A stretch of DNA of 64,000 nt from an uncultured Candidatus Saccharibacteria bacterium. Lineage in GTDB: Bacteria; Patescibacteriota; Minisyncoccia; Phycocordibacterales; JACNGX01. This document shows, piece by piece, positions 38,135 to 47,621 of the stretch (position 1 is its first letter; each line of letters starts with the position of its first letter). Location of the stretch: the NCBI GenBank assembly GCA_964621395.1, contig CAZULS010000002.1:170252-234251 (forward strand), in the 5' to 3' direction. Both the position numbers and the translations under genes were made by a program. Under the pieces are notes generated by a model that worked only from the letters and a program-made list of their open reading frames with translations, ran no database searches and had not been told where the DNA came from.

Positions 38135-40609
38135 TTAGGCGGTCTCTTCGCCGTTATCTGATAATGTGTCATCTTCGACAGAAGTGTCCGGCTCGTTTCC
38201 GGTGTCGGAATCACTCTCATGTTCTGAAGAGTCGCCTGATTCTTCATGTGTTTCTTGAGAAGTATCATCTTCGGTGGGCGGTACATCTTCTGTTGTTTGG
38301 GCATCATGCTGATCTTCCAGAGGTGTGTCCTCTTCTCGCAGTGCTTCTTGCTCATCTTCCTCTACGGCAGAACCGGGCATCTCTTCTTCACTTTCTTCTT
38401 CGACCGATCCCGCTTCAGCATCGCTTGAATCTTCTTCCTCCGTATTCTCGGAAACTGTCTCCTCAGAGCCTTGTGTTTCGACATCCTCAGACTCGTCAGA
38501 AGCGGCAGTATCCGTGCCCTGTTCTTCACTCTCGGCCGATTCGCCCGACTCTGATTCCTCATCTTGAGAAGCTGTTTCGTCGTTCTCCTCGCCAACTTCA
38601 TCTTCCTCGACCAATCCTGCTTCAGCAGGACTGAGGTCTTCACCGTCTTCATCTCCTTCGCCCGATTCTGACGCATCACCTTCTTCATTGTCCTCATTAT
38701 TTTCAGAAGCCGTCGCGCTACCGTCATCAGCTGCTCCATCCTCAGCACCCGCGCCATCACTATCATCACCGGAATCCGAAGCACCGTCAGTACCATCGTC
38801 ACCGAGCATCATCGTATCACCTGATTCAACATCCGAACCCTCGGCCGATCCAGCTTCAGCTGGATGTAGGCTTTCCTCAGGCACAATCTCAATCGCCGGC
38901 ACCGCATAGGAAGCTGCATCCGGCACCTCTTCCCCTTCGTAGACAACCACAAGTCGTGTACCTGTGAGCTCATACCCGTCTGCCTCCGCTGTGTACACAA
39001 TCTCGTATACCCCCGCCACAGCGGTATCAACAGTTCCTTCCGTGTGCACGCTCATATCAGCACCCGAAGCATTCAAAACGCGCGCACCCATATCGCTATA
39101 CGAAGAACCAAGTGCCACAAGAGCCGGATTGTTGCCCACAATCTCCATTTCCGGCATCGGCTCATCCTCCGCCGGCACCGGCGTCATAAGCGGCTCGTCC
39201 ATCATCGCTTCAATCGGGAACGGATCCCATACACGACCACTAAAGGTAAAGGCATGTACCATTGGATTTTCCGGTCCGTATGCCACAAGTTTAATCCAGA
39301 TATTACCCACAAATCCGCTTGGCACCGTCCAGTCGTATTCTCCGGTATTACCAATACCCGTTGCAATCACGTGCTCGGTATCACCGTCGTCAATCACTTC
39401 ATCAGCATTGATATCGCGAATGTACGAAAGATCAATAGAGAGATCTCCGTCAGGACCGTTGTGGTTCTCTGCATTCCATTCAATGGTATAGGTGTATGTC
39501 CAGTACCATGTTTGTGAATTGTCGTTTTCATCGGGATTGAGCATATCCACGCTCGGCGGAAGAAGCTCACTCCAGTCCGCAGGTGTGTCGGTGTCGGTTC
39601 CCGAAGGATTACGCGCAAGCATGCCGCCCTCTTGCACAAGAGGTGCAGCCGGATCCCATACCGCCGTGTCGTCTCCCCAACCCACAGCATCAATCACCAC
39701 ACCATCGGGGCGCTTCAAAAGCAAATGGTCGCCATCGTTTGCCAAACCGCCACCGATTGCATTGTCGTCAATCTCAATCTTCACCACCTCATCCGGAATA
39801 TTCCAATAATCCCATGTCGTGCTCGTTGCTGAAATCACCGCATATCCGCCGGCGGGAATTGCCGGCGTGGACGTTGGCATAACATCACATGATGTATTAT
39901 CACACAGTTCCCACTCGGCAAATTCAAGCGGTACATCCGTCTGATTGAAAATCTCTATCCATTCATTCGCCGGCTCACTGCCGAGAGACGGCGCAACATC
40001 ATAATACACCTTATTGATACGCAATCCCCATGAGCTAATGGTATTTTCCACCTTTTCTGTATCGTAATATCCACCGAGCATGTATCCCGGCAGTTCCTTT
40101 TGCCAACCGTCGTACACAATATCAAACGAGCAAATCTTATTCTGATGATTTACCGGCGACGTGAGTGTGTAGTGCCAGGTGCCGAGGGTGTCTGCATCCG
40201 GTGCACTGGAAAACGCGGTAAGCGCACCATTATAGTATGTAGTCGAATCGTATTCGGCTTTAATATTCAAATCGTCACAGTAGTCGACATCGCCCGCCAT
40301 ATTATCAGCATGAGCGACGTAGTAAAAATCAGTACTGGTGCCTTCGTCGATAATTTCAATGTCTCGAAAACCGGTATTGCCGTAGAAAAGGTCTGCCTCC
40401 GATTCCGGCGGAGTCCAACTCGTCGGCTCCAAACGAAAGTCCAGCATATGCGCCGCAAAAAGATTGCCGTCTGAGCGTTCGGTATCGTTGTAGTAGCCAA
40501 ACGTCTCACCCACCGCCGAGAGCCCGGCGGCATTCATGCCCACAACAAGAAACACGGCGACGATGCGTCGAATTGCTTCTTGAATGTATTGTTCGTTAAG
40601 ACGAGTCAT
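38135..40609 (-). CDS. SipW-cognate (TasA/camelysin-like N-terminus) surface protein with lamin-tail domain and long acidic C-terminal tail
   Basis: 824 aa. The N-terminus GETFGYYNDTERSDGNLFAA parallels the AFFSDTETSTGNTFTAG motif of SipW-cognate proteins. An LTD-like segment is present (NEWIEIFNQTDVPLEFAEWELCD..AIPAGGYAVIS). The C-terminal 260 aa are D/E/S-rich with LHPAEAG / LSPAEAG / SDAEAG repeats. Confidence 0.7.
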   Translation of the reverse strand: MTRLNEQYIQEAIRRIVAVFLVVGMNAAGLSAVGETFGYYNDTERSDGNLFAAHMLDFRLEPTSWTPPESEADLFYGNTGFRDIEIIDEGTSTDFYYVAHADNMAGDVDYCDDLNIKAEYDSTTYYNGALTAFSSAPDADTLGTWHYTLTSPVNHQNKICSFDIVYDGWQKELPGYMLGGYYDTEKVENTISSWGLRINKVYYDVAPSLGSEPANEWIEIFNQTDVPLEFAEWELCDNTSCDVMPTSTPAIPAGGYAVISATSTTWDYWNIPDEVVKIEIDDNAIGGGLANDGDHLLLKRPDGVVIDAVGWGDDTAVWDPAAPLVQEGGMLARNPSGTDTDTPADWSELLPPSVDMLNPDENDNSQTWYWTYTYTIEWNAENHNGPDGDLSIDLSYIRDINADEVIDDGDTEHVIATGIGNTGEYDWTVPSGFVGNIWIKLVAYGPENPMVHAFTFSGRVWDPFPIEAMMDEPLMTPVPAEDEPMPEMEIVGNNPALVALGSSYSDMGARVLNASGADMSVHTEGTVDTAVAGVYEIVYTAEADGYELTGTRLVVVYEGEEVPDAASYAVPAIEIVPEESLHPAEAGSAEGSDVESGDTMMLGDDGTDGASDSGDDSDGAGAEDGAADDGSATASENNEDNEEGDASESGEGDEDGEDLSPAEAGLVEEDEVGEENDETASQDEESESGESAESEEQGTDTAASDESEDVETQGSEETVSENTEEEDSSDAEAGSVEEESEEEMPGSAVEEDEQEALREEDTPLEDQHDAQTTEDVPPTEDDTSQETHEESGDSSEHESDSDTGNEPDTSVEDDTLSDNGEETA

Positions 40610-40785
40610 GTACCTAGGAAATTAGGAGATTAATAAGTTAGGAGGTTAGTATTCGCGCGCTAACGCGCGCTCCTCATATTCACCAAAGCAAACGGCTAAT
40701 TCAAGCTTTGCCCGAGCACAGCTTGCTGTGCTTTAGGGTCATTTTTTGTTTGGTTTTTGATATTTTTCTTTTTATCGTTCATCGT

Positions 40786-41367
40786 TTATAGTTTATCGTT
40801 TACAGAGTCAGCGTGTCCTTCACTATCTATTTCTCCACCACCATCCTCTTTCTTACCACGCCCCTTCCGCACCTCCTTAATTATCTTCCACACCTCATCC
40901 ACAATAATCGCCCCCGCGGGAATCACAATAAGGAGAAAGAATCCAATCGGTTTTTTCGCAAAATCAATAATATATCCAAGATAGGGAATGGAAAACAGCA
41001 CCTTTCCAATCACTTCCCCTTCACCAACCTCGCGCACATCCGGATCTTCATTGGCATCTCCCTTCGTTTGAAAGAGCGTCTGTCCCGCTTCGACACGCAT
41101 GTCAACAATACGGTGCGTCGTTGGAACCTTCTCACGTGTGTCTTCGCCGAATGTGATAATGTCGTCGATGGCATACATGCTCTGCGGCAAAATGACAGCC
41201 AAACTCCCCGTGTGAATTGCCGGCTCCATCGAACCCGACGACACAATCTTCACCTGGACATTCCCCTTCATCGGAATGAGCGAGAAGACAAGAATGGCGG
41301 CGATGCAGAGAACGGCAGCCGTAAACGCATAATATGCGATTTTCCAGATGGTATTGATGAGGTTCAT
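40786..41367 (-). CDS. sipW: signal peptidase I, SipW-type (archaeal/eukaryotic-like S26B)
   Basis: 193 aa. N-terminal TM, the catalytic Ser box VSSGSMEPAIHTGSLAVI, His in TTHRIVD, and a C-terminal TM. It is adjacent to three SipW-cognate proteins. Confidence 0.8.
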   Translation of the reverse strand: MNLINTIWKIAYYAFTAAVLCIAAILVFSLIPMKGNVQVKIVSSGSMEPAIHTGSLAVILPQSMYAIDDIITFGEDTREKVPTTHRIVDMRVEAGQTLFQTKGDANEDPDVREVGEGEVIGKVLFSIPYLGYIIDFAKKPIGFFLLIVIPAGAIIVDEVWKIIKEVRKGRGKKEDGGGEIDSEGHADSVNDKL

Positions 41368-41571
41368 ACTCTATATAGCTGTCATTCTGGCCTCCGAGCC
41401 GGAATCTTCGCTATTGCGGACGATTACACCAGTTTTTAGTTGTTAGTTTGTAGTTTTTAGTCCGCGCACTTCGTGCGCTCCTCCACACCCTCTTTTGTCA
41501 TTCCCGACTTGATCGGGAATCTTCGCGATACCAAAGTTAAACATTTGTATCGCCTTCCAACCGACGCCCTA

Positions 41572-41726
41572 GCGAGGCGCCTGATACTAGATTTATGTGT
41601 TTCGAAATGTTAATAGACCGCTCAGCAACATAGCTTCGAGCAGTACATATTATCCAACATCGTCATCAATCTAGTATCAGGCGCCTCGCACACGGTCCCT
41701 AAAACGTAGCAAGCTATGTTTTAGGG
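41572..41726. repeat. large structured element: 21-bp perfect inverted repeats (gcgaggcgcctgatactagat ... atctagtatcaggcgcctcgc) enclosing a 76-nt loop, followed by a second 14-bp hairpin
   Basis: Read directly. A single copy in the window, intergenic between sipW and the next TasA-like gene. Confidence 0.55.
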
Positions 41727-41779
41727 AGCCGCATACGCAAGCGCCGTTTTCAATCAGTAAGTTTTTTCAAAGAATCTGT

Positions 41780-43099
41780 TTATTGAGGAGTGGTAGGAAT
41801 AACCACATCCGCACAATTAAATCCATCATTATTACGCTGCTGTTCCGCATACGCAACAAATTCAGAAATAACCTTGTCCGTCTGTGCTATGTCACCCATA
41901 CCACTTCCACTACAAGTAATGGGATCTGAATCACCGGTGTTTTGAGGACCGGTCTGCGTACCTGCACACCAATCAAAGCCAATAAGACTTACCGGCGTGT
42001 TCGGAAGAAGCGGCATAGCAATCATGTTTTGTTGAATTTGATCGAATGAAGTTCCTGCCGGAACATACACCGTCTCAGAAACATCATACATATTGTTTGC
42101 ATTCGCATCACCCCAAACGAAGAATTCAAGTTCTCCGGAGAGTTCACCCACAGCGTCAGTCGTGTCGTTGGCTTCAATTTCCGGATCAATACGAGTATTT
42201 TCATCGTCGACGATATTGTGCGGGAAGAGACATGAATATGCCTCGTTGCCATACACATGAAGTGAGATAATGCTCTTGCCCCAGTCACCCGGCTTCACAT
42301 CGTTGAAGTTCCAAAATGTTTCGCCGCTCAAGTCTGTTTCACTCCAAAGAGTACACGTACCCCCATAAGTGTATGTGTCATCACAATCAAGTGTTACAAG
42401 AGATATATCGTCAAGATATCCTCCGAGAGTGTCTTGCTGTGAACCGGCATCTGTGAAGCTCACGGTGGTTTGTGCATCAAGAGCGACAAAGTCGTAGGTG
42501 TACTCTTTCCACACTGTACCAGAACCACTATACGAAGGCTGTCCAATGACATCGTTCACCATGACACCGCTTGTTGATGTCACAAGAACACCAAGTTCAA
42601 TTGCATTGTCGGTGTCGGGACCATTGTTCGGTCGCGGTGAGTGGTAGAAAGTGAGACGGTATTGCTGACCGGGCACAGTATCAACCACCTGTTCAATTCC
42701 CGAGGCGCTATCACCGGGAGTATGGCTGTCGAGTTCAGCAAGCTGATTTCCACTATGTGGTGCACCAGCAGCATTATTCTGGATTTCAAGGCCTGCAGAA
42801 CCGCCGGTTACGTCCCAACTCGTGAGTGAGCCGTCGGGATACACAGCCCATTGTCCATTGCCAAGCGCCGGCGTTTCGAATCCGCCGTTTACAATAAGTT
42901 CCGTGTCTCCCTCAACACAGTTATTACACACTTCGCCATTGTACTCAGCGTATGTGTGGTCTACCTTCAAATCAACAGAACCCGCCGTGAAGACATTGCC
43001 TGTGGACGTTTCCGTGTCGTTGTAGAACGCCACCGTAGCGCCTGCGACAACCACACCGACAAGAGCGATAGTCGCAATTCCTGTAAATAATCTGTTCAT
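41780..43099 (-). CDS. SipW-cognate TasA/camelysin-like secreted protein
   Basis: 439 aa. Signal peptide, then ATVAFYNDTETSTGNVFTAGSVDLKVD, the hallmark N-terminal motif of the TasA/CalY (peptidase M73-like) SipW substrates. Confidence 0.75.
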   Translation of the reverse strand: MNRLFTGIATIALVGVVVAGATVAFYNDTETSTGNVFTAGSVDLKVDHTYAEYNGEVCNNCVEGDTELIVNGGFETPALGNGQWAVYPDGSLTSWDVTGGSAGLEIQNNAAGAPHSGNQLAELDSHTPGDSASGIEQVVDTVPGQQYRLTFYHSPRPNNGPDTDNAIELGVLVTSTSGVMVNDVIGQPSYSGSGTVWKEYTYDFVALDAQTTVSFTDAGSQQDTLGGYLDDISLVTLDCDDTYTYGGTCTLWSETDLSGETFWNFNDVKPGDWGKSIISLHVYGNEAYSCLFPHNIVDDENTRIDPEIEANDTTDAVGELSGELEFFVWGDANANNMYDVSETVYVPAGTSFDQIQQNMIAMPLLPNTPVSLIGFDWCAGTQTGPQNTGDSDPITCSGSGMGDIAQTDKVISEFVAYAEQQRNNDGFNCADVVIPTTPQ

Positions 43100-43172
43100 G
43101 TTTTAGGAAGTTAGCTTGCAGCTGATAGCTTTTAGGGTCGTGTGCTCACGCACACTCTTTCTCTCTGTCATC

Positions 43173-43240
43173 CCGTACTCTTGCCGAGCACTTTTTTCGC
43201 TTTAGCGAAAATGGTGCTTGGTGATACAGAATCTTCGTAG
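43173..43240. repeat. family-5 nested palindrome (about 68 bp), copy 1 (inverted relative to copies 2 and 3)
   Basis: tgtcatcccgtactcttgccgagcacttttttcgctttagcgaaaatggtgcttggtgatacagaatc. Copies are at 45690-45757 and 52315-52384. Confidence 0.65.
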
Positions 43241-43386
43241 ATCCTGAATCAAGTTCAGGATAACGAGTTTATCGTTTACCGTTTATAGTTTATCGTTTAC
43301 AAAATCAGCCACACCCAACTCATTTATCTGTCAAAACCCCGAAGGGCAACACCACAATCGCTCACGCGATTGTGGTGTTTGAAAGA

Positions 43387-44802
43387 TTAGTCAACTTGAA
43401 CCAAGAGACCAAACTGTTCTCCCCCGCTTCCCGTGGGAGTTGTTGACCATGTCGCTGTAACTTGACCTGTAAGAGTGAAGCCATCAGCAAGCTGAGTGTC
43501 GCCACTAATGACAAGAGAGCCCTTATCACCTGCTCCTGATGCAGAAGTTGAATCAGGACCGACAGGACTCATGCCGTCAAGTTGAACATTTGCCAGTACG
43601 AGTGATGCGTCGGGAGCATCTGAATTAACCTTCAAAGTAAGACCAAGGTTAGAGCCATCAACTGCCGGAACCGTAGTCACAGCGTTTACAGACTTATCAC
43701 CAACAGTAAACGTTGCATTGCCTGCACCATCGTACGTCAGAGTGAAGTCTTCTGTCACACCGCTACGCCACAAACCTGTTGCGTTATCAGTATGTGTCTG
43801 TGCGATTGGACTACCTCCTCCCGGAAGTCCAATGCGAATTTCGTTTTGTGCAGCAGTTGTTCCTCCGTCACCATAGCGTGCATCTGCTTGCCATGATTCA
43901 TCAAACGAACCCACAGAACTTGCCCATGTTTCGCCTTCCACGGAGGTGATATCGCGAGGGTTCATGCTTGAACACACGAAGTCTCCATTGTTACGTGACT
44001 GTACAGCGTAGAATTCTACATCCACTTCCATACCATCGGTTTGGGTGAGGTTGGTAGTGTTTGCACCGCTACAAGTGAAACCGGTACCACGATCGAGCGG
44101 ACCGTTCTGCCCGGTCTTTCCCTCGTTGTCCTGGGTGACAGCGGCTTCTGCCATGTCACCAAGACACCAGTATTTTGCAATGTAGTGTACCGGCTCATTG
44201 TTGTCACCACCGGCGATGGGACCGCCCGTCTGTGTCCATACATTGTATTGGGAGTCTGCGAGTGCAATGTAACTGCCGTCAAAGAGAGTTGCAGCAGAAC
44301 CTTGTCCCATGAAGATGTATTCACCACCATCGGGACCCTCATACACATTGTCACCATCGTCGTTCCAGAATGCGAATTGGAGCTCGTCCTGAAGCTCGCC
44401 GTCAGTTTCTACGGCACAGGAGTCGTCTACTTCACCTTCCGGCTCTGTACATTCATTGTCTGGTGTCGCCGTGATATCAATCGCCATACATGCATACGCA
44501 TCATTGTTGTTGACATGAATGGAGATGGTGTCTTCACCGCGGTCACCTGGCTTGATGTCGAGGAAATTGAAGAAAAGACCCATGTCCTCATCAATACCCC
44601 AGGACGTAGCAGGGCTTGCCACCAAGTCACCGTCCATGTTGGTGACATAGCTTTCATTGTCGATCTTGAGATCAATCGCGCCGGCGGTGAATGTGTTGCC
44701 GGTTGATGTCTCCGTGTCGGAGAAGAATGCGCCTGTTGCGCCTGCGACTGCAACGCCCGCAAACACAAGCATCGCAATACTCATAAAGAGTTGTTTGTTC
44801 AT
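43387..44802 (-). CDS. SipW-cognate TasA/camelysin-like secreted protein
   Basis: 471 aa. ATGAFFSDTETSTGNTFTAGAIDLKIDNES after the signal peptide. Confidence 0.75.
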   Translation of the reverse strand: MNKQLFMSIAMLVFAGVAVAGATGAFFSDTETSTGNTFTAGAIDLKIDNESYVTNMDGDLVASPATSWGIDEDMGLFFNFLDIKPGDRGEDTISIHVNNNDAYACMAIDITATPDNECTEPEGEVDDSCAVETDGELQDELQFAFWNDDGDNVYEGPDGGEYIFMGQGSAATLFDGSYIALADSQYNVWTQTGGPIAGGDNNEPVHYIAKYWCLGDMAEAAVTQDNEGKTGQNGPLDRGTGFTCSGANTTNLTQTDGMEVDVEFYAVQSRNNGDFVCSSMNPRDITSVEGETWASSVGSFDESWQADARYGDGGTTAAQNEIRIGLPGGGSPIAQTHTDNATGLWRSGVTEDFTLTYDGAGNATFTVGDKSVNAVTTVPAVDGSNLGLTLKVNSDAPDASLVLANVQLDGMSPVGPDSTSASGAGDKGSLVISGDTQLADGFTLTGQVTATWSTTPTGSGGEQFGLLVQVD

Positions 44803-45689
44803 AAATAATCAGTAGAACAGTAATCAGTATGTCGGGATATGAGTATGTATAGAGGATAAAAAAAGTTATCCACAGTTCTTTCCAAAGGTTTAACCTTTGG
44901 AAAACAATATATCTATTCCGACATATCCGAATACTGCAATGAATAAACGAATAAGAAGTATATTTTGAGCGGAGCACAAAAAAACTCTCCACCCGAAATA
45001 CGCTTACAAAGCTGATAAAAAGTGAAAGAGCCAAAGGATCTATGCTGCTATTATATTTTTGTGAGCGCGCGGAAAGTGTTTGTACGTTCGCTGTATTTCG
45101 CACTCGGTAGAACCGAAGACATTCGCCTCGACTCGACCGAGCACGAACATATGGATGTGTTCGCGCACCACATGTTCTCAATTCAAAGTAATGTTTTTCA
45201 GTATCCGAATCGTTTCTCCCCTGCACATAATTGTACTCCTCAGAGAAAAGTGATTCAAATGAAAATAAAGTTGGGAAAGGAAACGGACGGTTCGTCAATC
45301 TCCATGTGACGAAGGATTGAGACGGTATGCCTGACATTGCGTGTCGCGGGTTACCCGACCGCTTGTGTTTTGGCACTGTCTTGAACCGCCTGTATCTTCC
45401 TTCCCCAACATTAAAAAAGAGTCTACTTCCCATACTCTACCCCTCCCGCATATTGTCAAGACCCAAAACAAAGCCCAACATGTCCTTTATGATGTGTCAA
45501 TCTGTTGCCTAAAGGACACCCAAAAAACCCTGCAAAAGAAAGCCCAAAATCCCCTGTCCCTTACATGTCCGATAGAACATATCAAAATACAAAAATAAAA
45601 TATCAAACAAAAACGTAATCCGAAATCTCGCAGACAAAACCAAAGACTATCTTTGGTATGCATACCAAAGATAGTCTTTGGTTTTGTAA

Positions 45690-45757
45690 GATCCCGCATC
45701 ACCAAGCGCCATTTTCACTAAAGTGAAAAAAGTGCTCGGCAAGAGTGCGGGATGACA
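45690..45757. repeat. family-5 nested palindrome, copy 2
   Basis: gatcccgcatcaccaagcgccattttcactaaagtgaaaaaagtgctcggcaagagtgcgggatgaca. Confidence 0.65.
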
Positions 45758-45855
45758 AGCGGCGCGGTCCTTTAGGACCGCGCCGCTTGTCTTTCTGTCA
45801 CGAGTCTCGTGCCAAGGCTTAACCTTGGTCAACCACAAAACATTAGATTGTCAAG

Positions 45856-45890
45856 CAAAAGGGCGGCTCCGAAGGAGCCGCCCTTTTTGC
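45856..45890. terminator. bidirectional Rho-independent terminator (caaaagggcggctcc gaag gagccgccctttttg)
   Basis: A perfect 10-bp GC stem with a GAAG loop, flanked by A and T runs, just 3' of the Fic gene. Confidence 0.7.
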
Positions 45891-45901
45891 TTTGCGGTAA
45901 C

Positions 45902-46774
45902 TCATTCCCCGATTTTCCACTCTCCCTTTTCAAGAAATGCTTCAATCGTTTGCCGCTTTGCCTTATTGAGCAGATTGGAATGTGAAAGTTTACGTTTCTT
46001 TGCATACTCTTTCAATGAGACAATCTGTTTCCCCTCAAGATAGGCAAGCCGTTTATGGTAACTGCGCGCAAGCGCCCGAGCAACGATTTCTTCCATGGGT
46101 TTTGTTTCTTTTTTGGTGTCAAATGCTTTGAACGCATCATAATAGAGAGCACGGTTTTCAAAAGCGATATTTATCGGTACATATCCTTCGCGAATAAAAA
46201 GGTAGTTGTTGAGCACACGTCCGATACGTCCGTTTCCGTCAACAAATGGATGAATACGTTCAAACGTAAGATGAAGTCGCGCAACGCGCTTTACAATATG
46301 TTCGTTTGTGCGCGCGTGATATGTCGCGAGCATGTCGGTTATCAGTGTTTCAATATCTTTCGGATCTGCACCGATATGCGACCCAACGCGTACCCATTCC
46401 CCTTCCGCACGAAATCTGCCGGCAATATCATCACGAATATTGCTGATAAGCATGCGATGGAGAAGAAGTATCATGTCCGTTGAAAGCTCGCTTTCTTTCG
46501 CCTTCCCTTCCATATATTCAACGACACGCGCAAGGTTTTTCGCTTCAAAAATTTCTCGTTCATTCACAAAACGCTCCAAATCAATCTGGAGAAGAATCTT
46601 TTCAGTCTCTTCAAGAGTGAGTGTACTGTTTTCAATCGCATTTGAGTTGTACACATGCTCGGGAACTTCCGCGGCATTGATTGTTGCAATGAGAGACTCT
46701 TTCCCCGGGAGTGCTGCATAATACCGCTCCCTAAGAGATTGAATTGCTGAAAATGTGTGAGATTTTCGTGGCAT
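45902..46774 (-). CDS. Fic/Doc-family protein (putative AMPylase)
   Basis: 290 aa. Canonical Fic motif HPFVDGNGRIGR (HPFx[DE]GNGR). Confidence 0.85.
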   Translation of the reverse strand: MPRKSHTFSAIQSLRERYYAALPGKESLIATINAAEVPEHVYNSNAIENSTLTLEETEKILLQIDLERFVNEREIFEAKNLARVVEYMEGKAKESELSTDMILLLHRMLISNIRDDIAGRFRAEGEWVRVGSHIGADPKDIETLITDMLATYHARTNEHIVKRVARLHLTFERIHPFVDGNGRIGRVLNNYLFIREGYVPINIAFENRALYYDAFKAFDTKKETKPMEEIVARALARSYHKRLAYLEGKQIVSLKEYAKKRKLSHSNLLNKAKRQTIEAFLEKGEWKIGE

Positions 46775-47031
46775 ATACCGTATATTATAGTCTTTTTCAC
46801 GATTATGTCAATAATAATCGTGAAAAAACACGTTTTTTACCACTTTTTAACGATTATTTTTCTGATATTTTCTGTACCAAGGTTGAACCTTGGTACACCA
46901 CATAATATCAAGCTGTCAAGCAAAAGGACGGCTCCTTCGGAGCCGCCCTACGCGCCCTTGACTTTTCACTGCAGAAAGTCCATCCTTGTGAAAGATTGAC
47001 TTTGATAAAAAACACTTCAAAGGAGGCGATA

Positions 47032-47496
47032 ATGAATATCAATGCTCTTGAATTTTCTCCCGGTGTTCTCAGAGGCAGATTGGGCAACATTATCAGTGTT
47101 GTTGCAGCATGTGAAAAAGCCAAAGAATACGCGGCGAAGCATGGAAGACGCGCGTATAACGACAGAGACCCGTTGTTGTACGAATCATTCATGCCGTTTA
47201 CCCCGCAAGTTGTCGGTAGCTATTATTTTTTCCCGAAAGATGAAGATATTGTGAAATTCGCGCATATCCTCGTACGTGAACTCGAAAGTGATCTCGGATT
47301 GATTGATTTCCGTAAAAGAAAAGAGGTCATGCAGGCGAATCACCTCGTTGCATGGCGCGCCGATGCGCCGGCGAACAATCACCTGACGTTCTTGGTACAA
47401 ATGTATGACGGAGTCGGTACTAATGGTAATCTCGGCATTGCCATCGGCATCGCGCATAAAAGTGTCGTTTACGATCTCGCGCATCATACGAATTGA
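47032..47496 (+). CDS. hypothetical protein
   Basis: RBS AAAGGAGG 6 nt upstream of ATG 47032 and a TTGACT -35-like box upstream. 154 aa with no recognisable family. A hairpin plus T-run terminator is at 47510-47540. Confidence 0.5.
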   Translation: MNINALEFSPGVLRGRLGNIISVVAACEKAKEYAAKHGRRAYNDRDPLLYESFMPFTPQVVGSYYFFPKDEDIVKFAHILVRELESDLGLIDFRKRKEVMQANHLVAWRADAPANNHLTFLVQMYDGVGTNGNLGIAIGIAHKSVVYDLAHHTN

Positions 47497-47621
47497 TATG
47501 CACCTACTTCCCCGCTCCTTCGCCGGAGCGGTTTTTTCTTGACAATTTTAGACGGGACATATACCCTTTACAAGGTTTTCAAAAAGCACTATTTTCTTTC
47601 ACAAAAACAAAGCAAGCTATG

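Noticed and set aside
44672-45433. 253-aa minus-strand ORF in the 840-bp gap
   Set aside because: The translation is low-complexity and R/S/C-rich, it overlaps the 5' end of the TasA-like gene, and it has no start context. The region is treated as non-coding (see the island finding).
46921-46949. GC hairpin caaaaggacggctccttcggagccgccct as a terminator
   Set aside because: It has no T-run on the plus strand and no upstream minus-strand gene to terminate. It may be a REP-like hairpin rather than a terminator.
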